Shown one piece after another: positions 26,244 through 39,863 of a DNA stretch of 64,000 nucleotides; position 1 is the first letter of the stretch; the number at the start of each line of letters is the position of its first letter. The notes under the pieces were generated by a model that had not been told where the DNA came from, ran no database searches, and saw only the letters and a program-made list of their open reading frames with translations. The position numbers were made by a program, and so were the translations under genes. The DNA comes from Octopus sinensis (taxonomy: Eukaryota), in assembly GCF_006345805.1 (NCBI RefSeq), contig NC_042997.1:130820001-130884000 (forward strand). Direction: 5' to 3'.

Positions 26244-26965
26244 GGTACTTTTTGGTTATCTCATCCCCATTGAAAAATTGGGTTATCTCCCCGCCGTTTT
26301 ATGAAAAATATCAGTACTTTTGGTTATCTACCCCAACTAAAAAAAGGAAAAGTTAACATGGAAACTGAAAAAGTTAATAAACAGGAAAACTGAAAAGTTT
26401 AAACATCTTATTGAATCTAATAACATTTTTATAACAAACTAGCACTATGACCCGGCAATGCCGGGTCATAGTGCTAGTGCATGCATATACAGCTGCGTGC
26501 GTGCGCACATACACGCGAGTACTATCCAAATCTCCGACCAATTACATACAGCTAGCTGGCATTTAATTGGCGTATCAAATTTCGGGCATTTTGATTGGAT
26601 TTTGGATAGAAAATTCACAAAAAAGTCACTTCTGTTGATTTTTAAAGGCTTTGCGGAGTGACGGGAAATGTAAAGATGTGCACGGCCACCCTTGGACGGT
26701 TTTGAATGACCATAGAAAGTGCGAGCCCTCTAACTGAAAAATTGTGGATTTGTATAAAGGATACACACACACACAGACAGACATTTTGCCGTTTATATAT
26801 AGAGAGATCATGCCATGCCTATTGAGGGGGTCAAAAGTCAACAATGTGTTGAAGTATTGAATCAAAAGGATCTAATCCAATCTCTTGTCGCCTCTTAATT
26901 TTTTAATGGAGAGATAACTCAGTTAATGGCGATTTGTTAATGGGGTAAGATAACCAAAAAGTACC
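26244..26965. mobile_element. Merlin-like MITE hosting a Helitron
   Basis: TIR GGTACTTTTTGGTTATCT / AGATAACCAAAAAGTACC; flanks AAATTATA/AAATTATT (8 bp, one mismatch). Confidence 0.65.
26439..26807 (-). mobile_element. Non-autonomous Helitron
   Basis: Minus 5' TCTCTCTATATATAAACGGCA (shared with the 45899 end), 3' hairpin plus CTAG, inserted between A and T. Confidence 0.8.
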
Positions 26966-27788
26966 AAATTATTCCAGTTGTTTGTTTAATAAAACATAAA
27001 CAAACTTAATATTAAATGTAGGCCTACTTATAACTTGCGGAGAATTAGAAATAGATAACTCTAGAAATGGGTTGGGTGGGGGGCAAAGGATAATAATATC
27101 TTTCGTACGTGCTTAAGTGGTGTGAGAAAAAAGATGTCGGTGGGGGAAGAATTCGGATCAAACTATAAACAACAAAAGAGTAAACAAAATGGGCTGTCAT
27201 GGGAAATACATTAGCGGTGATCGTTTCGTTGTATCTACTCATAAATGAACAATAGAACGTTTTAGTGGCTTCTAAAACAATAACCTTTCTATAAAAAGGT
27301 AGGTCATATGTAAGGGGAAACACTTGACATGGTCTTGATGTTATATCCTGTTTGCGACAATCGTGGATAGATATCAAGACGTGAAATACAAAAACAACAG
27401 TCTCATTTGCACGTTATTATTATTGTCAACAATGTACCAAGAACAACTGGCTGTGATAACATCGATGTCTAACATTGACACAAGATCAGAAATACTGAGG
27501 TAACAGTACAAACCAATTAATTCGATCTCGGTATATTACCAGCACTTCATTTTGTTGTGGTGGTCATAAACAATGTTGAGGAAGGGCGATCCGAAACTCC
27601 TTCAAATCTTCTTTTTTTCAAGTTTTATCAACAGCCGCAGGCGGTTGTATGGTTTAGAGATTCGATTTGTAACCACATAATTACGGGTTCAGGCTCACTC
27701 AAAGCCAGATTAAGACCCACAGAGGTTCTTTTATTCTTAAAAGATTTTGGTGTTCCCATATATATGTAATTCAAAATATAAACAATAA

Positions 27789-28227
27789 TCTTTTCTACTC
27801 GAGGCACAAGGCCCGAAATTTTGGAGGAGAGGGCCAGTTGATTAGATCGACGCCAGTACTTGACTGGTACTTAATTTATGGACTCCGAAAGGATGAAAGG
27901 CAAAGTCGACCTGGGCGGAATTTGAACTCAGAACGTAAAGACAGACGAAATACCTATTTCTATTTCTTTACTACTCACAAAGGATCTAAACACAGAGAGG
28001 ACAAACAAGGACAGACAACCGGATTAAGTCGATTATATCGACCCCAGTGCGTAACTGGTACTTATTTAATCGATCCCGAAAGGATGAAAGGCAAAGTCGA
28101 GCTCGGCAGAATTTGAACTCAGAACGTAGCGGCAGACGAAATACCGCTAAGCATTTCGCCCGGTGTGCTAACGTTTCTACCAGCTTACTTCGCCTGGCGT
28201 GCTAACGTTTCTGCCACTTGCTGCATT
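27789..28227 (-). mobile_element. Dimeric SINE family A with 16-bp TSD
   Basis: TSD AAAATATAAACAATAA at 27773-27788 and 28228-28243. Confidence 0.85.
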
Positions 28228-28514
28228 AAAATATAAACAATAACGACCCATAGAATATATCAATTTTCAAAATGAAACAAAGCTAACAAGATGTTAATGC
28301 AGCTGGGCTCACTGCTCGGCACCTTGGGCAAGTGTCTTGTACTGTAGCCCGGGGCCTACCAAAGTCTTGTGGATGAAAGAAAGAACCCATCGCGTGTGCG
28401 TGCGACACCAATTGACAACCGGTGTTGCTTTGTTTACGTGTGTCACTATGAGTGGTTGATTGCTAAGTTGAATTGATGAACAAAGATATAATTTGTTGGC
28501 TGCGTGAATAATTG

Positions 28515-29593
28515 AAACATTTAACTGAAATATCTATTATCAGACACAAATATATTTATTACGAGCAAAACGCCCCCGCCCCGTCCAACGGAGCTGAATC
28601 ATATCTGCTGAATAAAAAGCAATCAGTGTTTTCTTTTCATTAAAAAATAATTAAGCATGCCTTTATTTCAATAAAATTTTTGGTTTTGTTAAACGAAGTT
28701 AAGGCAAAAAAAACTTCTTGAGAAACCAAATAGTCTTTCCTTTCTTCATGCCAAATTTTAAGAAAATATCTCTTTTGCATCTTACATTTTTGGTCTCTTA
28801 AATATACTGCATTTTGTGGCATTATTTCAAGCCAGCCGGCTTTTTTTATGCAAACTGCACGTGCATTTTTCTCGCGTACGCGTAGTATCGATCGAAACAG
28901 CTTGCGCGTACAAATGCACGTTTCCACGGCTTTATCGATCGCATTCTCGTCTGGAATCGATTTTTGTAATTTTTTCAAGACTTATAAACGCCCTGATACC
29001 GTCGGTATCTACATATCAAATTTGAGCGCAATCGGATGGCGGATGCCCGAGATCCTAGAAGACACACACACACAGACAGACAGGGCGGATTTTAGATAAT
29101 AGATTGGTCATTTACAATTACTAACATAAATAATTACATACTGGGAGAGAGACAACTGCTCTTAAATCACAGGAAGCTATCTGTATAGCAACATGTTGTC
29201 GGCCCGACGTATACGAAATCACTGCACTCTCTTCGTGGCGGCAGAGGTGCTTAGTTATCTGCCTTAGGCCGTCTGCGATGGCAAGAATGGAAGCGCTTGT
29301 GATCCGCTCCCTTTTACCTTCTGCAAAGAGATGAAACGCCAAAGCGGCATTTACAAACGGTACAAGATGAACATCCACGAAACTACATTATGCCACTTCT
29401 TCGTGTTGATTAGTTGCTTAATAGAAAGATCACGTGAAGCTATTGTGGTTCGCTCATGGTGTCTAACCAGTTAGCTATACGTCCCTTTAGCTGTTATCTC
29501 TCTCCCTGTATGTAATTATTAATGTTAGTAAATTGTAAATGACGAACAATAAATATATTTGTGCCCGATAATAGATTTTTCAGTTAAACGTTT
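28515..29593. mobile_element. Long-TIR palindromic element with its left arm split by a Helitron
   Basis: 28515-28561 plus 29104-29161 is inverted against 29489-29593. Confidence 0.75.
28562..29103 (-). mobile_element. Non-autonomous Helitron-like element
   Basis: Minus 5' TCTATTATCTAAAATCC followed by (TG)n, 3' end CTCG, A|T site with no TSD. Second, 3'-truncated copy at about 59908-60421 (+). Confidence 0.7.
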
Positions 29594-29712
29594 ACGGGTT
29601 TGGTTCCAAAGAGCAGTAGAATAAATACTTGACTTTAAAAAAAACTAAAGTACTGGGGTCGATTTGTTCTACTAAACTCTCTAGCATGGCCGCAGTTCAA
29701 TAGCTAAAACAA

Positions 29713-30862
29713 CTAAAATATAACCCGGCCTTGCCCGGGATTAAGTTACGACTATTAAGCTAATCAAGTTCTTTATTTCAAACCAAACTAATATAGACGT
29801 CAAATTTGGGCGAAATCCGTTGAAATTAGCTATATTATATATATATAATATAAATATATATGGGCAACAGACACGAACACGCATACACACACGTACGTAC
29901 ACCTATTGCATGTTTTGTGCACGCATACATGTTCATAAACAGAAATGAATGCAAAAAATGTTGTTAAATTTGTAGATTAACACTCGTACAATTTTCACAA
30001 AGAAAAAGATTTTTTTTTTTTTTTGCATGGAATCAACTACTCTGGCCTCAAAACCCTTTTGTGGTCCGTGAAACGGAGTGGGGTGTGGTGGAAGCCTCGC
30101 AAATTGTACCCATTTATACTGTGTAATTCACTGACAAATTGTTACTCACCTCTTTGTTTTTTTGTTGTTAAATAAATGGATTGTGAACAAAACACTTTTT
30201 TACTTGGCGTAAAATAAAAACAAAACTCTTTCGCACACAAAGTAATGCGTGTGAGAGAGAGAGGGGGGAGAAAGATAAACGATTTAAAATAAATAAATGA
30301 TTTAAAATAAATATATTGTAATTGTTGTGCGAGAAAGTATATATACTATGATTATAAAATATAGTGTGCCTTTCAAAAACAAAAAACAAAACATTTTACA
30401 TTTTATTTATGAACGTAGTCACTTACTCTCTCTCTCCCTCTCTCACTTTGTCTTTCCCGTGAAACTCTCTGCCTCCTTCTTCCACTTTTCTTTATCTTAT
30501 TTTTTTGTTAGAAGCCGTCAAAATAGCAATGGCTCTCTCCCTCTTTCACTCTGTCTTTCCCGTGTAACTCTCTGCCTCCTTCTTCCACTTATCTTTATCT
30601 TTTTATTTTGCTAGACGCCATAAAAAAGCAATGGCTGATATTTGTTATGGTTAAAAGCTATGGTTGAAAATGGTTGAAATAGATTTTTACCCTATCCGCG
30701 GGTGCCTCGGGAAAAAAATAAGTTGACAAAACCCAGATAAGGTATTGACAAATGTCTTCCTAAAATTTGAGCGACATGCGTGCTAATTTGTGGACGTGCA
30801 TAAATTACAATCACGTACACACACACACACACACACACACATCCTCCCTTTTATAGATATGA
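29713..30862 (-). mobile_element. Non-autonomous Helitron-like element with internal ~100-bp tandem duplication
   Basis: Minus 5' TCATATCTATAAAAGGG plus (TG)n; 3' CCCGGGCAAGGCCGGG hairpin then TTAG. 30430-30530 is repeated at 30535-30635. Confidence 0.6.
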
Positions 30863-33449
30863 TATTTATATGTGTATGTCTTTGTGTTTGTGCATCCCCC
30901 GACTGCTAGACAATCGATGTTAATTTATTTACATGTTCATAACATAGCGGTTTGGGATCATAGCATAAGCACCAGTCTTAAGAATAAGTAATAGAGTTGA
31001 TTGTTCAATCAAGCCCTTATAATATTGGTTTCAAATTTTGGCACAAAGCCAACAATTTCGGGGGGAGGGTAAGTTGATTACATCGTCCCTCGTACTCAAC
31101 TGATACTTATTTTATCAATCCCGAAAAGATGAAAGGCTAAGTTGACCTCGGTGGTATTTGATCTCAAAACGTAAAACTGGACGAAATGCCGCTAAGTATT
31201 TTCCCTGGAATCCTAAACATTCTACCAGCTCGCCAACTTAAAGATTTTTCATAATATCGGTAAACTACGGCCCGCGGCTTCATTTCATCCGGCTTGCTGA
31301 TTTTATTTTCTCATTTGTCTTTGATGAGAGAAAATAAATTACTATATGAAATAGATTAAAAGTACCATTTTTGTACTGGACCCAAATGAATCAACGCTTT
31401 ACACAAATACAAAACACAAAAGTGATATTCTTTAATTCGGTTAATAAAAAAAAAAATGGAAGTTTGCCTCCGGTGTGATAATTTATGCAGTAAATATTTT
31501 AAAAGAATGTACCTAAATAACTGGCATAACAGGAAGTAATGGTGTCTCTTACATTGTTGCATTAAAGTTTTAAATGTATAACTGAAAGGATAAAAGCAAA
31601 GTCGACTCCAGCGAAATTTCAACACAAACGTATAGACGGAAGAAATGCTGATAGGCGGCATTTGACCGGCGTGCTAACGACTCCGCCAGCTTAAAAGTAT
31701 GCAAAAATAATGATAGTAAAAGTAATTAATGGACAGTTCTAGAGTGCTGACTAGATACTAATAAATCAGTGGGTGTTAACCTGAGCAGTAACACCTCCTT
31801 GATCGCGTTGTTAGCTTACAAGTGGGCGGTAGTTCTGAAAAGGAGGTTGGCTAAATAGAAATAAGCACTGCGTGTTTAAAGGCTTGTGGCTTTTCTGAAA
31901 AATAACAGATCTAAACCAAGTACTTTGCTTACATTTTAAACAAATTTTCCATAAGTCTTTGTCAAAATAAGAATATGAGTATGACACTGTGTTGCCAGAG
32001 AGCAGAAACATGACAGAGGGTGCGCAAAAGTTCATCAGAATTTCATTATTTAAACCTGCATTTAAGGCAGCAAACTGGCAGAATTGTTGGAGTGTTGGGA
32101 AAAGGATTTGCAGTATTTGTTCCATTTTTTACATTCTGAGTTCAAATCCCACCAGAATCAGCTTCGCCTTCCATCCTTTCGGGGTCAATAGAATAAAGTA
32201 CCCATCAAGTACGGGGGTCGATGGCTGCGAGAAACCCTTCTCCATAAATTTGCTGACTTTGTGCCTAAGTCAGAAGTTATTATATAAGTCTTCGTCTTCT
32301 TGTGTAACTTTTATAGAGTTTAACATTGGAAATACAACAGTGGCGTAGGTAGGATGTGTGCCGCCGGAGGCGGTTCTTGAGTTTACCCTCTCTACGGAAT
32401 CCTGCCTTTATACAAGCTTATGCAGCACCCCAAAATTCCACCCTACAAAAAGGCATCTCCCGGAGATGAATGCCCTCTCAACCCTTCCCAGTTAGGTTAT
32501 TGGGGTATTGGATCTTCGGAAATATCTAAAAGGAACAAAGAGGCACATACTGTATGGAATAGGAGTAGTAAACAATACGAATCTGAATTACCGTGCGGCA
32601 TTAGTTTTTGTTTTTTATTTTATTTTATTTTATTTTATTTTCAAAACATGGGAAAGGATATTTACTGAACGTCATTCGGTGAAAATTGGTGTTGAGCTAC
32701 AGAAGGCTGAAACCGACTGCTATAAAGCATATAATATGTCGATAGGATTCTTTTACTTGTTTCAGTCATTTGACTACGGCCATGCTGGAGCATCACCTTT
32801 AGTCAAGCAAACCGACCCCAGGGCTTATTCTTTGTAAGCCTAGTACTTATACTATCGGGCTCTTTTGCCGAACCGCTAAGTTACGGGGACGCAAACATAC
32901 CAGCATCGGTTGTCAAGCGATGCTGGGGGGACAAACACAGACACACACACACACATATATTTATATATACATATACATATATTTATATATACATATACAT
33001 ATATAGTTTCCGTCTATCAAATCCATTTACAAGGCCTTGGTCGGCCCGAGGCTATAGTAGTGGGACTGAACCCGGAACCACGTGGTTGGTAAGCAAGCTA
33101 GTTCTGCGCCTATATGTTGAAAGAATTATTATATTTATTATTATTGTTGAGGCGCCGAGCTGTGTCTGTTGCATCTGTTTCTTTCTGTTTCTGTTGCATC
33201 TGCATTTCAAAGGGCTAGCCTTGTCACACTCTGTGTCACGTTGAATCTCCCCGAGAACTACCTTATGGATACATTTGTCTGTGGAGTGCTCAGCTACTTG
33301 CACGTTAATTTCACGAGCAGGCTGTTCCGTTGATTGGATCAACTGGAACCCTCGTCGTCGTAACCGACGGAGTGCCGGAGTAATTCTGGCCATGCCAAGG
33401 TGGCAAACCTTTTGTAACAGTTCTACGGGGAACTCAATTCCAATTTCCC

Positions 33450-33560
<111 letters not shown>

Positions 33561-33917
33561 AAGGTAGTGAATCGGTAGAATCATCAGAGCGTCGGAAAAA
33601 ATACTTAGCGGTATTTCTTCCAGCTCATTACGTTCTGAGTTCAAATCTTGCTACGGTCAACCCCGCTTTTTATCCTTTTGAGGTTGACGAAATAAGGTAC
33701 TAGTGAAGAACCGATATTGACTTGTCTTTGTGACACAGTTTGAAGAGGTGAGGAGTGTCCAGGAAAGGCACGTGATTGGATGAGGTCTCAATAGATATTC
33801 AGATCTTAAAGATCCCTAAAGAACGTTGGACAATACTAGAACGCTGTCCCACGATGGTGCAAAAGGAAAGACAGTGACTATAATAGTACAAGGCAGGAAG
33901 CTGAGTTGCTACATATG

Positions 33918-33989
<72 letters not shown>

Positions 33990-34625
33990 TAAATATTTGA
34001 AACGTTTGTGTTCACAAAGTAAAAAAGAGCAACAGCAGAACCATTGACAACAAATCCTATAAAACGCTGCTATTTTCGAAACATACTGGTCGAAGTAGCG
34101 GAGTCACAGAACTACACCACCCCAGTATCAAACGCTAACCAGGTGACCCTACCTTGACCACAGGCTGAAATAGTTATGATAGGGAGATGGGGGAAGAATT
34201 TTAACCATAGAAGCAAAAAATAGTAGTAGATCTCAATTTCCAGAGCACCAAGGATCGCAGTCCTGGAGACGGCATGAGAAGTCACCTTGTAATTCTAGAA
34301 ACTTACGACCAAGCAGTGTCTCCATACCATAACCAACTGCACTACCGAATCGTCTTGTGACGCGGAAGAAGTGATAATTCTCGAAAATGAGTTTTTGATT
34401 GCCAGACCGGGCGATGTGTTGCGCTCGTATATGCAAGTATATTTCTAGTGATTAGGATGTTGTACTTACGATCGATGCGTTGTACTAAAGAGAATGAAGA
34501 AAAAAAAAACGAATGAGAAGCCCTCGCAGAAGACAAGGGGAAAAAATCGGAGGAGCCCTCACCTCAGGAGGTTGTTGGCGGCGAAGACAACAATAAAAGA
34601 CGTGACATAGTAGATATTATCTGTA

Positions 34626-35474
34626 TGTTATAAATCACGGAAAACCAATTAGAGCTGAAATATGGGACTTCCGTAATTGTCACATCAAGGATGTTGCCTA
34701 AACATATTAAGCATGGAAGACGAATCAGAGCCAATGTACAGAAGTTCCGTGATTAACACATCTGGTATTTTGCCTAGTTGTATTAATCACGGAAAACCAA
34801 TTGGAAATGAAATACTGAAATTCAAATGATAGACACTTGGCAAAAATATGGGACGGAGGTGTCTGAAAGAGTGCATATATATATTTGTATCAAATGTTAC
34901 AAGCGTAGGAGCACAAGCAACTGTAGTGACGCTATCCAACAGCGCGCGCGCGCGCAACGCCCTCTCGCGCATGCGCGAAGACCGGAGGAAGGGAAAGATG
35001 ATGTGGCATTTAGCTGATAGGCAAGGGAGCGTAAAACCTTGACCAGAAAGGGTACAGGGAGACGCATAGCAGCAGTGAGCAGAATGACTTGAGGCACAGC
35101 GACCGAAGGGAAAGCACGTATTTTCATACGTGTGATCAACTAATCCCCGTAGCAGTCGGAGAAGGCTTTCCACCAGACATTTGTTGCAGACCATATTTTC
35201 TTCGCTCCCTAAGGACGCCATATTTGACCAGCTCGGTTTGCTGCTGAACTTGTAAGATTGTTACAAGCATTAAAATTTCAGCCTTACCACAACCATACCA
35301 AGTGGAACCAAATATACCACCTTAATTCTTACTGTTATAAGAACAATAAAGAGTATATATTTTTACTGTCGCGTTTGTGTTCTTTGACTGGTAGAATCTG
35401 GAAATTTAAGCAACGGAAATTGTGAATGCACCAGTTGCACCCTAAAAGTGCAAGAAGCAACCTATTCCCGTTAC
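34626..35474 (+). other. LTR-like or promoter-like CpG-containing segment
   Basis: Repeated AATCACGGAAAACCAATT (34633, 34785), (CG)n run, palindrome TCGCGCATGCGCGA, AATAAA at ~35345, and TG...CA ends without a convincing TSD. Confidence 0.3.
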
Positions 35475-35514
35475 ACAACTTTAGAGTTTTAGAGCCCTGT
35501 GGAAAGAACGCATT

Positions 35515-35747
35515 ATATTTCTTTACTGCCCACAAGGGGCTAAGCATAGAGGGGACAAACAAGGACAGACAAACGGATTAAGTCGATCACATCGACCTCA
35601 GTGCGAAACTGGTACTTATTTAATCGACCCCGAAAGGATGAAAGGCAAAGTCGACGTCGGCGGAATTTGAACTCAGAACGTAACGGCAGACGAAATACCG
35701 CAAAGCATTTCGCCCGGCGTGCTAACGTTTCTGCCAGCTTGCCGCCT
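35515..35747 (-). mobile_element. SINE family A with TSD
   Basis: Flanks TGTGGAAAGAACGCATTA / TGTGGAAAGAACGTATTA. Confidence 0.85.
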
Positions 35748-35879
35748 TGTGGAAAGAACGTATTACCGTCTCTCCCTGGTTCCAGCACTCACAGCGCAAA
35801 AACATCAACAACAGCAACTGTAATTCTTGAAGCGGCATCAGCACAACACCAATAACAATTCAGCTAGCTCGCCGCCTTT

Positions 35880-37795
35880 CTGTTATAGGTCGTTAAGAGG
35901 CAATTTGAACTCAGGCCGCCCACATTTAAACAGCCAAGTTTAAGCGAGAGCATGGAAAAGGATCAACTTACTGATTTGAGAGGAGGGTAGACGTTACACC
36001 CTCATCTTTCTTGTTTTCAGGTGCTGTGATTTACAGTATCGTTATTTTGAAGTACCTGTACAGATGACTTCGCGAATTGTTTTTTTGAGTTCATTATGGT
36101 CATTATTGTTTATTGTTTATCGTAAAACTCCACATTTGGTGGAGCTAAATTTCTTTCAATTATTTGATATTGTTTAGCAGACGATATTTTTGTAATTTTC
36201 TCTTTCAGTGATTTGTTATTTGCATTTATTGCTGTTAGGTTTATAACCTCTTTTCTCAGTGATTGGTGAGGTATGTGTGTGCGTTTGTGCTTGTGGGAGT
36301 GTGTGTGCTTGCCTGCGTGCTTGTAGATGCGTGTGTGTTTTTGTGAGCTTATGTGTTTAAGGATGCGTGTGTGTTTGTGGTTGCCTGCGTGTTTGTGTGT
36401 GTTTGTGTGTGTGTGTGTGTGTGTGTATATATCTGTGAGTGCATGTGATTTTTTTTGGTGGGGGCGTGTGTGCTTGTGTGTGTATTCGTGGGTTTAAGTG
36501 AGTGTGTGTTTGCGTTTGTTCCTGCAAAAGTTTGTGTTTCTGCTGATGGTGGTTCTTTTCGCTTCCGTCTTTTCTTCGACGGACCGACGGTTGTCCATTC
36601 TTGATTTTCTACATTCGGTGCCCGGAGTAGCTTCTTTTGGTGTTGTGTATTTTCGCAGTGACGCAGATGTGGTCTTATCCGGCGGTGTATCTGTCTTGTT
36701 TTGGTGGGCGTTTTCCTTTTCCTTTCCTTTGGGGCATTCTGCCCTAATGTGGCCTTTCTCACCATACTTATAACATCTGGGTCTACGCCCCTCGACCGAG
36801 ACCTTAAGATTCGTGTCTTCCCCAATTACGATAGAATTGGGGATTGCCTCAAGGTCGAGGGCATGGCTTGAATTGTGAGCTCCAAACGCTTGGCCGATCC
36901 AGTTTTGGCGCTTAAATCTTGTGGTCTGGAGGATGATTTTCTCCTCTAGGCCCGTAATAATGGCTGCCGCCAGCCACGCCACATTGATTTCAAGTGGCAT
37001 TTCTTCCACCCTTACCTTGGAGGTCCTTCTTCCAAGGTAAGTTGGCAGGAGAACCACTTCAGCAGATTTCAGGGTAACTGTGGAGTGCTCCCTAGCCTTT
37101 TATTCGCTAGGGAAACGGACTTCCACAGTCCCGAATCATCTACCTCTGGCGACGTACGTGGTTTCCTGCCATATTGGTTGCAGGCACTTCTCGATGGCAT
37201 CTTTTGACACGAAGTCAATTTTTAAATTTTTGATGTGAAACGTCTTGTATATGAGGGTTTTCCTTTCGGTGGTATGTATAATTTCACTCAGAGGGACCAC
37301 TTTTACGTCGTATCCTTCCTTGAGAATCAGTCCTTTGTATTTCTGCAACTCTTCCTTATTTATATCTAAGTTTTCACTTGCATGGGTTGCTGCAGCAGCA
37401 AAGTTAGACTTTGGTTTTTCAGCCTGTTTTCCACACATAGTGGTACTTTTTGTTTTCACAACAGATACACATTCCGCTTGTTAATCCAGGCATGTTTTTG
37501 TCAGACGTTATCACAGCCATGTCGATAATCTCCTCCGACGTATTTTCCAGCAAAGCTTGCATTAAAATATCACAATTTTCCTCCGCAGAGGATGTTGAAA
37601 TTGGCGACAGTTCCATAAATAATAATTTTCTTTCCCCAAGGGAGAAACACACACACAAATCTGCTTTACCAGCAGAAAACAAGTAGTTTCACGACTAAAA
37701 GCAGTTCAACAATAGCAATACACAATTCAAAAGTACAACCAACCTTCACACGGAGCGAGTCAAAAACACGTCTGTACACTAAAGAAGAGTGCGAC
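35880..37795 (-). mobile_element. Tx1/L1-clade LINE 5' half: 5' UTR, frameshifted ORF1 with zinc knuckle, start of ORF2 APE
   Basis: ORF pieces 37419-37682, 37136-37459 and 36494-37057; VSVEGRRPRCYKYGEKGHIRAEC (decayed CCHC, 36734-36775); ATG at 35953 gives MLSLKLGCLNVGGL (APE motif I, LNVxGL). Confidence 0.8.
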
Positions 37796-37904
37796 TATTA
37801 TCGAATGAACAATATTTCGATATCTCGTGTGTCTTCCACAGGTTCGAAATAAACAACTCAATCTACTTCAATCTTTTTAAAAATATAATAATAATAATAA
37901 TAAT

Positions 37905-39284
37905 TGATTCTTTTATTGGCCACAAAGGCTGACAAAAATTAATTAGATCATAAAGGGACAAAACAGGACGAAAGGTTACAAAGGGTTTTGTCCGTTTGTA
38001 AAAAACAGTGTAACAACGAAAAATTATAACAACGAAAAACTCCCAATAGGAGGAGGCGTTACGAAAGGTTCCTGGTGGAAAAACCCATAAAAAGCCAACG
38101 AGAGCCTGGTCAAAAGGGGGGTAGAGAGCCCATTTCTCCTTTTGTAATACCTTTTTCTTACAGGTGTATCCTCAGAATGGCTCCTTTCATTCTGGCCATT
38201 CTTGCGACATTTATCCACCTTTCAGTAAACTTGCTATCGGACAGCACTTCCCTCTCTACTCTCACCTTCCTTTTCAAGTGAAACTTGAAAAAGTTGATGA
38301 GGCCTGGGCCAAAGAGGAAAGGGTCTGACCTTAGCCGTTTCAAACGGGTCCACCATACCACTTCTTTCGCTACAGCCACTAGGCAAAGGAAAACTGTCTT
38401 GCCCTCCCGGTTAAAGGAGGTCGGCGGGGCAATCTTCACTATGGATTCAGCTGATAGCCGGATCCGTCCTATATGCAACAGTAGCTGTTCGACATAAACC
38501 CATAATTCAGCAATACTCGGACACTGGACGAGTGCGTGCAGAACGGTTTCGTCGTCCTGGCAGCACCTCGTGCAGGCCCAGCTGACGGCACTTCCGTGCC
38601 GGTAGAGTTTATCTCGAACAAGCAGAGCCCCTCGGTAACACTGCCAGGCGAGGGACCTCTAGAAATTATCCATTGGCCCCGGCCCGAAAGTCCTCCCGAA
38701 CAGACTGCTCAGCTGGTTATCGTCAACGCCTAGAGTTTCCCCGACGTCGTTGCACTTTTCTTCCTATATAGAACCCTCTATAGAACGCTAGAGTGGAACT
38801 ACTACCGATCGCATTGCCCGCTTGGCGGAGGGCGGAGAGAGCTTGACGGCACTCGAGGTGCCAAGCGCCCTTTCTCGGTCTGCGTTTGATCCAGCTTTGC
38901 AGCTCTGTCAAAGAGACGAGCTGCGGAAAGTCGCGTCTGACAAAAGACGACTACACCTGTTCACCGTCTAGGAAACGCTTGAGATGCCGTAGCCTGAGCG
39001 CATGTCTGCGCATCAGTAACCACGGCGTGCCAAGGCCTCCGTTCAGCCGTCGTTGACAGCAGATGGATCGCCTGACCAGTGGTACCTGATCCTTCCACAA
39101 AAAGTCGAAGAGCAAGTGTACCAGCTTGGCCAACCAGCGGTCGGGACAAGGGACGACGGTCAAGCGGTAATAGATGACGGATGCGATGTACGCATTCGCC
39201 ACCTCCGCTCGACCTTTCAGGGACAGCTTCCTCTCGGCCCATTTCTGGGTGAGATTGGCCACCCTGCTCGTCACTTCTTCCCAG
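37905..39284 (-). mobile_element. Tx1/L1-clade LINE 3' portion (post-RT, zf-RVT, 3' UTR, (ATT)n tail)
   Basis: QKWAERKLSLKGRAEVANAYIASVIYY...FLWK...RLNGGLG is typical of Tx1 ORF2. AATAAA lies before the (ATT)n tail at ~37912. The 5' break abuts (AAT)n. Confidence 0.85.
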
Positions 39285-39321
39285 AATAATAATAATGATG
39301 ATGATGATGATGATGATGATG

Positions 39322-39414
<93 letters not shown>
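39285..39414. repeat. (AAT)n/(GAT)n microsatellite
   Basis: Read directly. Others at 40321-40383 and 40576-40702. Confidence 0.95.
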
Positions 39415-39415
<1 letters not shown>

Positions 39416-39848
39416 TACCACAGATTTGCTTGTCAGTTGTTTGACCTTAACCAGTTGAGCATGTCCCTTAGTGGCTGACGATATGTGCATCTCTGATCAC
39501 GAGCAGAAGTAGTAGGGGAGCATCATAGCCATGTGTTGAGAGGGATTCTTTGGGGTTTGAATAATTCACCTCTGGAAACATGGGTGGTTCTTTCAACATC
39601 CTTAAACAACCCTTATTCAGGGACCTTTTGAGCGGGATGGGCTACTCAACCTGAAGAAAATTCTAACTGGGCCCCACCTGCAAGGTCATGTGCTGTTTAT
39701 CTTGATATGAGATCACCATGTCGCGCACATATGGTTGTGATGCATGTGCCTGGTGTACCCTTATCAGACGGGTAGTCATGATGGGTATATTGGGCTTCGT
39801 ATATTTTACCCCAGTGTCACTTTGATGGCATGCACTGCTCTCTCACTC
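39415..39848 (+). mobile_element. Probable 3' UTR of a non-LTR element, bounded by (AAT)n on both sides
   Basis: Non-coding block ending CTCTCTCACTC-AATAATAAT; family not identified. Confidence 0.45.
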
Positions 39849-39863
39849 AATAATAATAATAAC

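Noticed and set aside
31811-32125. Minus-strand ORF with two GTAAGC donor-like sites
   Set aside because: Starts inside a SINE, the implied intron is only ~38 nt, and there is no recognisable homology.
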